Shown in pieces: positions 19,875 through 29,358 of a stretch of 64,000 nt of DNA. The notes under the pieces are model-generated. The model saw only the letters and a program-made list of their open reading frames with translations. It ran no database searches and was not told where the DNA came from. A program made the position numbers and the translations under genes. The stretch covers positions 32,001-96,000 of the IMG/VR virus record IMGVR_UViG_3300013121_000007. The stretch is one strand, 5' to 3'. The DNA comes from a virus (taxonomy: Duplodnaviria > Caudoviricetes). Every line of letters begins with the position of its first letter. The first letter of the stretch is position 1.

Positions 19875-20684
19875 TCACTTTATGGAAAGCAGTCTAGTGA
19901 ACAGGTTTCTGTGGTCCTCCTTCCAACGCTCTACAGTATTGTTGGATACAGCAGAGTACCTAACCCTTAGAGGTTCGTAGGCATCCCACAGAGCAGACTC
20001 AAGGTCTTCTTGACTTCCAGGCTCAAATAAGTGAACTCCTGGAATATCAGCATACTCGTCAGCTAGCCCAACACCTCTTGGTATCACGATACTTTTGCCG
20101 AGCGACAGCCCCTCCAACAAGCTAACAGGGCCGCTTTCGTAGTCGCTTGTTGTAAGAAATACGTCGACTGCCTGCATCTGCGCGTGGAGATGACTCTCAG
20201 ACCAATTGCCGGGGGAAGCTACAAGTTCAACCCAAGACAACTGCCTTACAAACTCCAGCAAGTCAGTCCGTTTTCTACGGCCATATCCATCAGGTGAACG
20301 GTGAAACCACCCCACACGGAGTCTAGGTATGGCTCTGGAAAATTTGACTGGTAAGTGAACACGAGTGACTTTGTCTTCGCCAACAAGATTTTTCAGGTAC
20401 TCTGCATGTTGGCTGCTGAGAGCAACACAATGATCTACCTGAGAGGCAATCTTGTTGTATGTGTCTTGATGCTTTCCAGGTACATAGTGCGTAAACAACG
20501 CAACGCACTTGCCTACTGGTTTATAGAACTCCCTGAACAAGTATGTCAGGAAATACGTCAAATCCGTATCACGAGGAGGGTCACATGTAACACGAACGCG
20601 AAACCCATCAAGGGCTTGCAGGTGCTCCGATAGCCGCCTACAAATCCAAGATTCTTCCGTCGTGATATGCACCCGATGTATCAT
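19875..20684 (-). CDS. GT-B glycosyltransferase (GT4-like)
   Basis: DVFLTTSDYESGPVSLLEGLSLG (E-x7-E motif). Confidence 0.85.
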   Translation of the reverse strand: MIHRVHITTEESWICRRLSEHLQALDGFRVRVTCDPPRDTDLTYFLTYLFREFYKPVGKCVALFTHYVPGKHQDTYNKIASQVDHCVALSSQHAEYLKNLVGEDKVTRVHLPVKFSRAIPRLRVGWFHRSPDGYGRRKRTDLLEFVRQLSWVELVASPGNWSESHLHAQMQAVDVFLTTSDYESGPVSLLEGLSLGKSIVIPRGVGLADEYADIPGVHLFEPGSQEDLESALWDAYEPLRVRYSAVSNNTVERWKEDHRNLFTRLLSIK

Positions 20685-21016
20685 GTTTTGTGAGACACCA
20701 GCGATTCCAACTCTTCGTCGATACTCGCGCCACCCAAGACTCTATCCACAAGACCAGACAGGTATCCTGAAGGCAACTCTTCTAAATGAACGAATCGCAT
20801 CCGACCTAAAGTCCTTGCGACCTTCATGTGTGCTGTTTCAACAACGAAGCTGTAGTTCCTAGAATTGTGTGGACTGAAGAGAAATGAGTCCCCAATCGGC
20901 AGTTTCTCGATACGGTAGTTTCCGTGAGTGATTGGAGAAGTCTCTTCAACAACCTTCCCACAATGCACCATCCGCCCCAACAGTTCGCCTTCAACCGTCA
21001 CGTACTCAGACATCAT
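20681..21016 (-). CDS. Hypothetical protein
   Basis: Overlap packing. Confidence 0.55.
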   Translation of the reverse strand: MMSEYVTVEGELLGRMVHCGKVVEETSPITHGNYRIEKLPIGDSFLFSPHNSRNYSFVVETAHMKVARTLGRMRFVHLEELPSGYLSGLVDRVLGGASIDEELESLVSHKT

Positions 21017-21474
21017 AGACCTCTTAGATTGGTGACAGGTCGTTCTACTAAAGGTGCAGCAGCCGCTCTTTGATCCAAGTAGAACCGAAACTTGTCAGCG
21101 TCACAAGGTGAAACAGCAAATGGTATGGTTTCCAGCATACCAAGATCAGCCATGTCTCGCAGCAACACAAACAGATGCATTCCTGACCTGAAAGCTAGAT
21201 GCGAGTTACCAAGCATCATCACTTCAGGGGGTTCAAGGTTTGCGTAGTTCTTCAAGAGATAATCTCTTGCAGCTTGATCTATCTCCTCGGCGTTACAGGC
21301 TTGTACACGAGATATGTACTCCTGTGGAACACTGCCACGCCAGCAACGATCAACAGTAAGCACGTTAGCGTCTACGACTCGAAACCCCAAAGAAGCTGCG
21401 CGGCGTGACAGCTTGAAGCGAAGCTCAGAAGGTTTGGGGCAGAGAATCATGACGAGTAAGCAACAGTCTACCAA
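21013..21474 (-). CDS. Hypothetical protein
   Basis: Overlap packing; start uncertain. Confidence 0.55.
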   Translation of the reverse strand: MVDCCLLVMILCPKPSELRFKLSRRAASLGFRVVDANVLTVDRCWRGSVPQEYISRVQACNAEEIDQAARDYLLKNYANLEPPEVMMLGNSHLAFRSGMHLFVLLRDMADLGMLETIPFAVSPCDADKFRFYLDQRAAAAPLVERPVTNLRGL

Positions 21475-21983
21475 TGTAGACTTGAAGATGAGTCTTCAGA
21501 AAGAAGAGCTTCAACCTGTGACTCAAACGGACCCATAGTATCCTCATAGATATCGGTGTTTGATCTGCTGAACTTGCCAGAGTTCTTATCCGCCGACTTG
21601 ATTTGCTTGTTGCTGAAGACGACAGCCATGTTTCTCTTGGGATCGAAGATTCCGTCATACCCCATTTTCTTCAAAACAGTGTGCAGCTTAGGCGTAGAGA
21701 CACTGCCACCCGAAGAAGCAATTCGGTAAACATCATCGAACGTCGCAGGATTCTCAATTCTCAGGTAGCACTTGAGTGGACTGCCGAAGCCACTCGCGAA
21801 GTTCTCACGAGTCGCGAAGAACACTCCACGAATATCTGTCTTTCGAGAACGACTTACGTCGAACACCCGAAACTGCTTGCTCGTTCCGTGGTAGACGACC
21901 AACGGTCTACCCGCTGAATCGACAACCTTGGAATTCGCAAACCATTTCCGAAACTGTGGAGTGTCAGTCACTGTACTCATCAT
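21468..21983 (-). CDS. ADP-ribosyltransferase-like domain (ART-PolyVal type) with C-terminal GPFE tag
   Basis: FRKWFANSKVVDSAGRPLVVYHGT, GVFFAT, YLRIENP, GYDGI, VVFSNKQIKS. Confidence 0.78.
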   Translation of the reverse strand: MMSTVTDTPQFRKWFANSKVVDSAGRPLVVYHGTSKQFRVFDVSRSRKTDIRGVFFATRENFASGFGSPLKCYLRIENPATFDDVYRIASSGGSVSTPKLHTVLKKMGYDGIFDPKRNMAVVFSNKQIKSADKNSGKFSRSNTDIYEDTMGPFESQVEALLSEDSSSSLHW

Positions 21984-22651
21984 CAGGAAATGTAAGCGAC
22001 CACTTCGTACCGACCGGTGTCGAATTTGTGCCACGACAGGATGAGCATGGCGTTGTCAATGATCGTATGAACATCGTAGTCGTCAGCAGTCCCCACAACA
22101 CCGATTTCAATGCGAGCGTTTCCATCACGACCTGTCAAGAACCCGGACCATGTAGTTCCGTCTTCCTGCACAAGCAAGTACCCGCGTCTCCGCAGAATGT
22201 CATCAATAGACTTCAGCGGAATCTGAGACTGTATGGGTCTCACAAGGTCCGCAATGTCTCCGTTCATCTGATTTCGGATGCCTGCGGGTATCCGTATCAT
22301 GGCCCCACTGAACTGAGATTCAACCTGTGACTCAAACGGACCCATGTTTTGGCCTTCAATAGCGCTGCCGTGAATCACCACCGGCTGAACTTTTCGGACA
22401 ACCATCGTGGTGTTGGCTGGTTTCAACATCTTGATCTCGTACCCTGCTTTACAGAGAGGATTCCTCAGTTTTTCGAGTTCATCCCGATGTAGGTATTCAT
22501 CCTCGCCGACGTTGCGCCAGATTACCGTAGCGTGATTCTCTTTGGCTATACGAACCTCAAATCCTGACTGTCCTCCTGCAATGTACAGAGGAGCAACTTG
22601 GCTAATCACAGCTTTTAGCCCTGTCGCATCTAGGGGTTCATAGACGTTCAT
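21983..22651 (-). CDS. Two-domain hypothetical protein with internal GPFE tag
   Basis: AIEGQNMGPFESQVESQF; ATGA overlap at 22651. Confidence 0.7.
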   Translation of the reverse strand: MNVYEPLDATGLKAVISQVAPLYIAGGQSGFEVRIAKENHATVIWRNVGEDEYLHRDELEKLRNPLCKAGYEIKMLKPANTTMVVRKVQPVVIHGSAIEGQNMGPFESQVESQFSGAMIRIPAGIRNQMNGDIADLVRPIQSQIPLKSIDDILRRRGYLLVQEDGTTWSGFLTGRDGNARIEIGVVGTADDYDVHTIIDNAMLILSWHKFDTGRYEVVAYIS

Positions 22652-23721
22652 GGTTTTGGTGATGGTAGCTGCTTCTCCCAAAATGATCCAGCTACGTCTA
22701 CCCAAAGTTTTCTAGTCTTCGGTTCAGACGCCGCTACCCGAAGCAACTCACGATTGGCCTCATTACCGCCCTGAAGAACACCCGCGACTGGCTGCCAGAT
22801 CAGCATCTGATGACGAAAAGTATGGTACAAGTCATAAGCCGGATCATGACCGATCCCGACAAAGCTGTAAGCTCTCCTAACAGCGTCAATGAACACTTGC
22901 CTATGGGGAAGCATCTTCTCTAGTGTCGTACTACGAATCACCTCCGGAGAAACACCTGAGAACTTGCTAGAAACTGATGCTACTGAATCTGCAACGCTGA
23001 TAGCATCGAAGCTGACAAGCTCTGTTGTACTAGGGTCGAAAAGCTGATTCCTGGTACAGTCACCAGAGGTTGCTACCACTGGTACACCGCACAGCAGATA
23101 TTCAGTTGAAGCGTAGTTTGACCCCTCTCTTTCAGAGAGTGACAACCCGCAAGTGGATCGTTGAATCCACGATGGAACTTTGTCTCTTGGAATAGCCCCC
23201 GTGAACGAACCATTTTTGAATTGCGGCGCAACAACGTTCTCAAAACTCAGTATTGATTCCGTATAGGTCTTCGTTTCGTCCTTGAAAGATTCCATTGTCA
23301 GCCACAACCACTTACCGCGAATATGGCTGCAGAGATCAAGTCGCTTTCTCGCTATAGGCCGAGCAATGTAGATGGCCGCATACTCTTTTGAGCAATCCAA
23401 AGGACGATACACCCTTTCATCACACAATGCGTTTGGTTGGAACGGAGAAGCCAACAAACCACTTGACAGGAAAGCATCAAGCTCTTGAGGTCTATCAAGA
23501 AGAAACTCAATGTAATGATTGGGGTGGGAACACTGATGTTCTAGTGCCCACTTCGTAGCGTACTCAATGTCTCTGGGGTACAGCTTCCAATTTGTAGAGG
23601 CTAACACAGCCAAAGGTTGTGGAGACTCAAGCGCAGAAGCAAATTGAGGTTCCCACGGTGTCTTAGCGTAGACAACAGTAGGCTCCCTGTGCAGCACTTG
23701 GAAGAACTGGGACGTAGACAC
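22648..23721 (-). CDS. GT-B glycosyltransferase
   Basis: ARPIARKR; EGSNYASTEYLLCGVPVVAT (E-x7-E). Confidence 0.78.
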   Translation of the reverse strand: MSTSQFFQVLHREPTVVYAKTPWEPQFASALESPQPLAVLASTNWKLYPRDIEYATKWALEHQCSHPNHYIEFLLDRPQELDAFLSSGLLASPFQPNALCDERVYRPLDCSKEYAAIYIARPIARKRLDLCSHIRGKWLWLTMESFKDETKTYTESILSFENVVAPQFKNGSFTGAIPRDKVPSWIQRSTCGLSLSEREGSNYASTEYLLCGVPVVATSGDCTRNQLFDPSTTELVSFDAISVADSVASVSSKFSGVSPEVIRSTTLEKMLPHRQVFIDAVRRAYSFVGIGHDPAYDLYHTFRHQMLIWQPVAGVLQGGNEANRELLRVAASEPKTRKLWVDVAGSFWEKQLPSPKP

Positions 23722-23722
23722 T

Positions 23723-24880
23723 TCAATCCAGAAACTTCACCTTGACGGCTTTCTGCATATTGTCTTTTGGGTTTTCGTCAGTGTCCCCAAAATTGAAGTA
23801 GTTGCCGATGTAGTGACGTCGAATTTCGTCCTCCGTTCCATTGATGTCTGTACGAATCGTGTTACCGTCTTGAAACGTGACTTCAATGGACCGACGACGG
23901 CTCGCGTTAGGGTCAGATGCCTCTTCAATGCTGTTCCCGACACCCAGATAGGCTTGAACTGTTTTGTCGTCTGGATGCACGACCTTTGACTTCATCAACG
24001 GGTAGTCAAACTTCATGGCATCTTCGTAGGACGCTGCTTGAAATGCTCGCTGCTTGCTTCGAGTCACCAGGATCGTAACCCAAGCAGCTTTGTTTCCGCC
24101 CACGCTTTGGTACGACTTCACAGCGAACAAATCTCGTCGGATGCCTTCGTGGATTGGAAGTGTCACCAAACCATCATCGAGGTACGCCGCTTCCAAGCAA
24201 TCCGCAGGTCCGGAGCCTTCAGCCATACGAACGTCATAGATGCCGTCCACAATAGCCTTCCGACCACGAGTTGATTCTCTCCAGACTTGAGGAGTTTTTG
24301 ACAGCATCAGATGCAGCGCAGTAGCTTTTGGGTAGCCTCGCAGAAGAGAATCCAAAGAGGGCTTGTCAACACTCTCCCTCTTTGTTGTTGTGGACTCTTT
24401 GACTTTAGGGGGACTTCTACGAGCTTGCTCCATTTCTTTATCCTCTGGTTTTCTTCCAAGCAGAGCAACAACAGACTCTCCAACACTCAACCCAGCGCCG
24501 CTGTTTTGTACGCCCGTATTGCTAGCTGCAACTGCAGGAGTATGCGCACCCACACCACCTTGTTGAGAGAACCTTCCTCGTTTGAATCGAGACATGACAA
24601 ACGATCGACGGTGTGGCAGAGCTTTCTGGCTGGAAAAGTGCTGAAGTGGAGACGGCTCTCCAACCTCAACTACAGTACATCGCGTTGCACTCTCTGCGCG
24701 GATTCTTGCAGTTGCGGGATTCCTTGCAACGACATGCAAGTAAGCATACCCGCCTCCGGACTCAAGCATACGAGTATGCTGCAGTTGAACAAGCTCAGGC
24801 AGCGTCCCAGATACTGCTAGCCTCTCTCCATCCCCACGGAAGGAAACTGTAACGGGATAGCATTGCGGGATTGAATTCAT
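23723..24880 (-). CDS. Multi-module hypothetical protein
   Basis: 385 aa; many x-x-E-S/G/A sites between modules. Confidence 0.65.
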   Translation of the reverse strand: MNSIPQCYPVTVSFRGDGERLAVSGTLPELVQLQHTRMLESGGGYAYLHVVARNPATARIRAESATRCTVVEVGEPSPLQHFSSQKALPHRRSFVMSRFKRGRFSQQGGVGAHTPAVAASNTGVQNSGAGLSVGESVVALLGRKPEDKEMEQARRSPPKVKESTTTKRESVDKPSLDSLLRGYPKATALHLMLSKTPQVWRESTRGRKAIVDGIYDVRMAEGSGPADCLEAAYLDDGLVTLPIHEGIRRDLFAVKSYQSVGGNKAAWVTILVTRSKQRAFQAASYEDAMKFDYPLMKSKVVHPDDKTVQAYLGVGNSIEEASDPNASRRRSIEVTFQDGNTIRTDINGTEDEIRRHYIGNYFNFGDTDENPKDNMQKAVKVKFLD

Positions 24881-24904
24881 TGATGCAGTCCAGTGACCAA
24901 GGCC

Positions 24905-25495
24905 TCAAAGATTGATTTGGACTTTGCGCTTGGCATCATTGTATAGGATGCGAACTGCCTCTACCCCAGCACCCTGAAGATCAGACTTGTTGCATGACCG
25001 CTTGTACCAGAGTGACGTTGAGTCATGACAGACAAAGTCTTCATTGTTGACGAATGCGTGTACAGTGTCTTCTTCTGTATCGTAGTCCTGTCCGTAGGCA
25101 GGAGTCAGAATTACAAAAGACTTCTGAGACTCTCCGATAGCAGTTGCAAAGTCAATTATGTCCTTGCGCGCAGCCGTCGCACCTGCTTTGATTTGACTGT
25201 CGCTACTGCTCGTCAAATATCCAGGGTCTTTCCCAGTAATGACTTGCCGCAAGTAGGCTCGATACCCCAAGCCTGCAGTACACTGATGCTTCGGATTTTT
25301 CAAGCTGTCAGACAGAAGCCTCTCAGCCGCTTTGATCCAGTTGATTCCTTCATTGAGGCTGACGCTGCTGTGCTTGTTCTTTCTCTCACGGACATGTCTC
25401 TTGAAAGCGGCAGCTACATTGTCTGCGACACGACGATTTCGCTTGATTGCCGCAGCAGTGTGAGCTTTAGACGCCCCACTCTGCGGGGCTAAACG
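24905..25495 (-). CDS. Start-less -1 frame extension of the upstream ORF (putative frameshift product)
   Basis: Frame is open 25552-24905 with no ATG/GTG/TTG until 25303; entered at the slippery site. Confidence 0.55.
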   Translation of the reverse strand, partial: RLAPQSGASKAHTAAAIKRNRRVADNVAAAFKRHVRERKNKHSSVSLNEGINWIKAAERLLSDSLKNPKHQCTAGLGYRAYLRQVITGKDPGYLTSSSDSQIKAGATAARKDIIDFATAIGESQKSFVILTPAYGQDYDTEEDTVHAFVNNEDFVCHDSTSLWYKRSCNKSDLQGAGVEAVRILYNDAKRKVQINL

Positions 25496-25501
25496 AAAGG
25501 G
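25473..25501 (-). other. Candidate -1 programmed ribosomal frameshift signal
   Basis: In-frame C_CCU_UUC, 5-nt spacer, hairpin GCCCCGC-AGA-GUGGGGC. Confidence 0.6.
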
Positions 25502-25971
25502 CGGTAGCTCAGCTTCTCCGTTAGTGGGGACAGGTCCAGAGGCTGACCAGACTCAGACAAGTTAGAATCAGTCTCTTCGATGTCTCCTCGCTGAAACGTA
25601 TGCGAATTTCCGAGTGTGTCGATGAGAGTCACGTCTGTCAGCCTCTCTGCCAGACTAAACAACCCTGAAATGAACTTGTTGAAGTTGCTTTGCGACGGCT
25701 TCCCACTCTCATGCAGGACAGCATTCGCGTCAGCGCCTCGTTTTGAGATGACTCGGAATGTTCTCTCGCAGACGAGAGAAAGACGCACACCTCGATTGTG
25801 AGGTTCCAACTGACAGGACAGCACCCTGACTGGACCGTCCTTGATTGCAGCTTCAATGATGGGGTTGACTGTAGTCGCGTACTCTTGAGGAGAGTACGAG
25901 TCCGGATTGACGAAGCCGAACATGCGGCTGAGTGCCATTCTTGGCTCAATCTGTCGAACGTGTGCGTGCAT
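25489..25971 (-). CDS. Hypothetical protein (zero-frame product)
   Basis: 160 aa; GGAGA SD. Confidence 0.65.
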   Translation of the reverse strand: MHAHVRQIEPRMALSRMFGFVNPDSYSPQEYATTVNPIIEAAIKDGPVRVLSCQLEPHNRGVRLSLVCERTFRVISKRGADANAVLHESGKPSQSNFNKFISGLFSLAERLTDVTLIDTLGNSHTFQRGDIEETDSNLSESGQPLDLSPLTEKLSYRPFV

Positions 25972-26099
25972 ACTGTCTCTCCAATCAACGGAAAATACCG
26001 TGTCTAGCTGATTGACGAAAAACCGCCCGCTTTTTTCTTTTCCAGGCTTGCAGTTGTTGTCGCAACCATGCTCCTGCGCAGACCTTACAGTCTGCTATC

Positions 26100-27275
26100 C
26101 TACGTCTGCAAGTGGAGTTGATCCTTCGCACCCGCAGCTACTTGCTCTGCCTTGATACTGACTACCCGACCTTTTCTCTCTGCAGCCGTCAACTTCCGGA
26201 AAGCCGCTTGGTAGTCCAGAAGTACAAGGTCTACCTGCCAATCGGCAATAGACGCAAAGTAGTCGATGGCCATCTTGGGCATGTGGACTCGATCTTTCGA
26301 CGTCCAACGGTAGTCGTCAAACAACAGAATACCGTTTTCTTTCAACCGGGGAATAGACACTAGTCCATCATGGAGACAGTCAATGGCTTCATGTGACCCA
26401 TCGACGTAGATTACGTCGAAGTGTTCCTCAGGAAACAAGGAAACAGCATTTCGAGAGAAATCACGTATCTTCCTAACACGGTGAGACTGGCCTGAAATTG
26501 CGATGTTCCAGTCAAATGCGCGCTCGCGGGATCGAAGTTGCCAAGGGTCAATGCAGACCAGCGAGGAGGATTGGTCCGTAAGGATATTCTCCAACCACCA
26601 GATTGCGCTCCGTCCCTCGTAAGAGCCAATCTCAAGGAATCGAAGATTGGGCTTCCCCTTCAGATGAGAAAACAGTCTGACCCAGTGTGGTATTCTGTGC
26701 GTAACGTAGTCTGTGCCAGAGGTGTATGCTGGGCGCATAGCTACCCTGAGAGCGTCATCACCTGTATTCAAAATAGGAAAGTCTTTGGACTCTTGCGGCT
26801 CTGCTACTTTCAGCATACCGCATACTGAAGACCAACTTAGTGAGTCTAATGGAATACTGTAGACCCGATCAGAATGTTTCAGCCTTGCGTCTGTTACTAC
26901 TCTTTGATGCAGGTCATAATGCAACCTCAAGTGGTCTGTAGATGGTATATCCATCTCACTGTGCTTGCCAGACTTTCTGTACGCTGCTGTACGCACCAGC
27001 ATAGACGTCACCCAGTCTTCTACTGGTCTATAGATGTTGACTAGGATTGCGTCTTCGTATAAGTCGGCAAGTTCCTCCACTGGAATGTCCATCTCGAAGC
27101 CGAACAGAGCTTGGACTTCATAGACAGACTTGTCGATCTCACCCTGTCTTGCTTTCCTTGCAATTTCAGCAGCCCATTTTGCGTCTCGTACACATTTCAG
27201 ACCACATTGAACCATAGACTCTTGCAAGCTATGCGAGGCGGTTCGGGGAAGCCCAATGTAGATTACAGTCTTCAT
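26100..27275 (-). CDS. Sulfotransferase-like domain fused to class I methyltransferase (Methyltransf_24-like)
   Basis: YIGLPRTASHSL (PAPS-loop-like), RPVEDWVTS; LEIGSYEGRS, VIYVDGSHE, LLFDDY. Confidence 0.8.
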   Translation of the reverse strand: MKTVIYIGLPRTASHSLQESMVQCGLKCVRDAKWAAEIARKARQGEIDKSVYEVQALFGFEMDIPVEELADLYEDAILVNIYRPVEDWVTSMLVRTAAYRKSGKHSEMDIPSTDHLRLHYDLHQRVVTDARLKHSDRVYSIPLDSLSWSSVCGMLKVAEPQESKDFPILNTGDDALRVAMRPAYTSGTDYVTHRIPHWVRLFSHLKGKPNLRFLEIGSYEGRSAIWWLENILTDQSSSLVCIDPWQLRSRERAFDWNIAISGQSHRVRKIRDFSRNAVSLFPEEHFDVIYVDGSHEAIDCLHDGLVSIPRLKENGILLFDDYRWTSKDRVHMPKMAIDYFASIADWQVDLVLLDYQAAFRKLTAAERKGRVVSIKAEQVAAGAKDQLHLQT

Positions 27276-28588
27276 GCTTTATCCTCCTGCCTGTCAGAAA
27301 AGTATCCAGCCACTTTTCTAACCATCTCTGGTTTGTTACTCAACGCAGACTCGCTCCACTGCAAAAGACCAGACTCTGCATCCGTATCAATATCGGTTCT
27401 TGGATCGAAACTATAGTCACTGAGAAACAACCAGCGTTTCAAGTAGTTTCTTCGCGACCGGGAACCGTGAAACATGTGCACAATGTCACCGGGAATGTAA
27501 GTGAACGACTTACCCCCGCACTCTCTTACTTTGTTACCCCATTCCTCGATACACCGGAGCCAGCCCTTTGAAATGTATCTGTCAACCCAGAATCTGTCTC
27601 CGGATATTGCCTTGATCTGATTTACATCACCTCCGCCGATGACATTCGTATCCAAGAACCCAAACTGACGAAACCATTCTGTACGCGCAGCCCACGCAAA
27701 CCCAGGATGAGACTTGCCAAATGACGTGAAGTCCTTGTGACAGTTTACGTAATGCCATCCAACTGACCTCTTGAGCGGCGTCAGCGATCCGTTGAACTGA
27801 GTGAAGAATGAGTTCTCAAAAAGTTGACACCAGTTATGCAGGCGTAATGCTTGCCTCAGGTCATCGACCCACTTCAAGCTACAGAAATGAACATCAGCAT
27901 CAATCCAGCAAAATGCTTCGTAGCAGTCTGGTAGCTTGGCCAATAACAGATTGAGAAGCCTCTCCTTTTGCCACAATAGCTGCGTATCTCTGTTTCCCTC
28001 TACACGAAGAAACCTGTCTGACTGAGGAAACACAAATCCCGATGGACCATCGTAGGACAACTCTATGTTCCAGTGGTCTACATCGTACAACTCCAGTTCA
28101 CGGCTAAACAGATTGAAGTTCCTTACCAAGTTAGTATAGCCACAGGGGTTGTAAAAGCAGGTTAGGACTGCAATTCGTTCAACATCCAACGGCCTGACAA
28201 TATCAGGCCGAACAAAGTCACAAGGCTTAGACTCATAAGTGTTGAAGTAGACTACACGATCCACTTCAACTTGCTTCTGCTGCTGAAAAAAGAACAAGCC
28301 ATTACGGTTTCCGTAGCGTCTAAAGTGCGCAGCAGCAGACGTCACTTCAGGGTCACGCTTTGCTTCTAAGAAGGCCCGCACTGCGGGGTAGTGCATTATA
28401 TACAGGTTGCTATCCAATTGACTTGGAACAACCCATACAGGCTGGTGCCCAGCAGACTTACCAAAGCGAGTCCAATGATCGAACCCACTAGAGCATGATT
28501 TTGCCCTGACTGCAGTTCTTGCATCTTCGTAGCGTGCAAGGTAAGCCGCTTCATAGAAGACCGGCTGTTCTAGACTCATCTGCGACAT
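27272..28588 (-). CDS. GT-A-like glycosyltransferase with N-terminal helical repeats
   Basis: LWQKERLLN, WIDADV (DxD), HPGFAWAAR, GGGD, HMFHG; two YL-x-x-Y...H-x-x-x-(F/Y)G repeats. Confidence 0.72.
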   Translation of the reverse strand: MSQMSLEQPVFYEAAYLARYEDARTAVRAKSCSSGFDHWTRFGKSAGHQPVWVVPSQLDSNLYIMHYPAVRAFLEAKRDPEVTSAAAHFRRYGNRNGLFFFQQQKQVEVDRVVYFNTYESKPCDFVRPDIVRPLDVERIAVLTCFYNPCGYTNLVRNFNLFSRELELYDVDHWNIELSYDGPSGFVFPQSDRFLRVEGNRDTQLLWQKERLLNLLLAKLPDCYEAFCWIDADVHFCSLKWVDDLRQALRLHNWCQLFENSFFTQFNGSLTPLKRSVGWHYVNCHKDFTSFGKSHPGFAWAARTEWFRQFGFLDTNVIGGGDVNQIKAISGDRFWVDRYISKGWLRCIEEWGNKVRECGGKSFTYIPGDIVHMFHGSRSRRNYLKRWLFLSDYSFDPRTDIDTDAESGLLQWSESALSNKPEMVRKVAGYFSDRQEDKA

Positions 28589-28591
28589 GTC

Positions 28592-29056
28592 CTACGTCTT
28601 CTTTGCAGTTGCCCCGCGGCGCATTTGATTGTTTGGCCTTCTCGCTGCTGTGAAGTTCGGAGCTTTCGTTTTTCTGTAGTCGATACGGTGACGCCGTTCT
28701 GTAACAGGGCAACCTAAAAGAGCGTCAACAGCTTCCTTGATTCGATTGTCAAGCATTGAGCTACTCCCTTGTTCTGCGAACTTTGGTGTATTCACTGGTA
28801 CTGTAGAGAGGTGGGACGACTCTTTCAACCTCACGCGCCCAACGTAGAAACCGTCCTCTTCCTGACTGACAAACTGAAATGAATGCTCACCTCGGTTCAC
28901 CATCACATACCAGCAGTTTTTGGAACCGCTCCACCAAGAGAAAGCAGCAGCTTTACGAAGTACCGGTACACTGTGAATGAAAGCCTCTGCCGATGCACTT
29001 GAATGAAACTCAAGCGCATTCTTTGGTGCTTCTGATACTTCAGACTGTGACGTCAT
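28592..29056 (-). CDS. Hypothetical protein
   Basis: 154 aa; basic C-terminus; IKEAVDALLG helix. Confidence 0.6.
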   Translation of the reverse strand: MTSQSEVSEAPKNALEFHSSASAEAFIHSVPVLRKAAAFSWWSGSKNCWYVMVNRGEHSFQFVSQEEDGFYVGRVRLKESSHLSTVPVNTPKFAEQGSSSMLDNRIKEAVDALLGCPVTERRHRIDYRKTKAPNFTAARRPNNQMRRGATAKKT

Positions 29057-29316
29057 CAGCCGTGCGGATAGTTATTTCTGAGGTAGTTGGAAGCATCGTC
29101 CATCGAAGTAAATGTCAGCTTGAGAAGTTCTTTCGGGTTGCTGTGAGCGGGCCTAGCGATGAACATAGTAGGTTTTGTCCCTGTTTCGTTCACCCAGCCA
29201 ATGATCTGCCGTGTCACAAAACTGCGCACCGTAATCCAGCCCTGCGGAACGATCTTTTCATCTGGTAGGGGCGTTGACTCAACCAGCGTCTCGACTTGCT
29301 CTTCAAATGGTCCCAT
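29056..29316 (-). CDS. GPFE-tagged small protein
   Basis: MGPFEEQVETLVES. Confidence 0.75.
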   Translation of the reverse strand: MGPFEEQVETLVESTPLPDEKIVPQGWITVRSFVTRQIIGWVNETGTKPTMFIARPAHSNPKELLKLTFTSMDDASNYLRNNYPHG

Positions 29317-29358
29317 GAGTATCCCCCTGACCTAGGTTAGAGCATCGTTGTAGTCATA

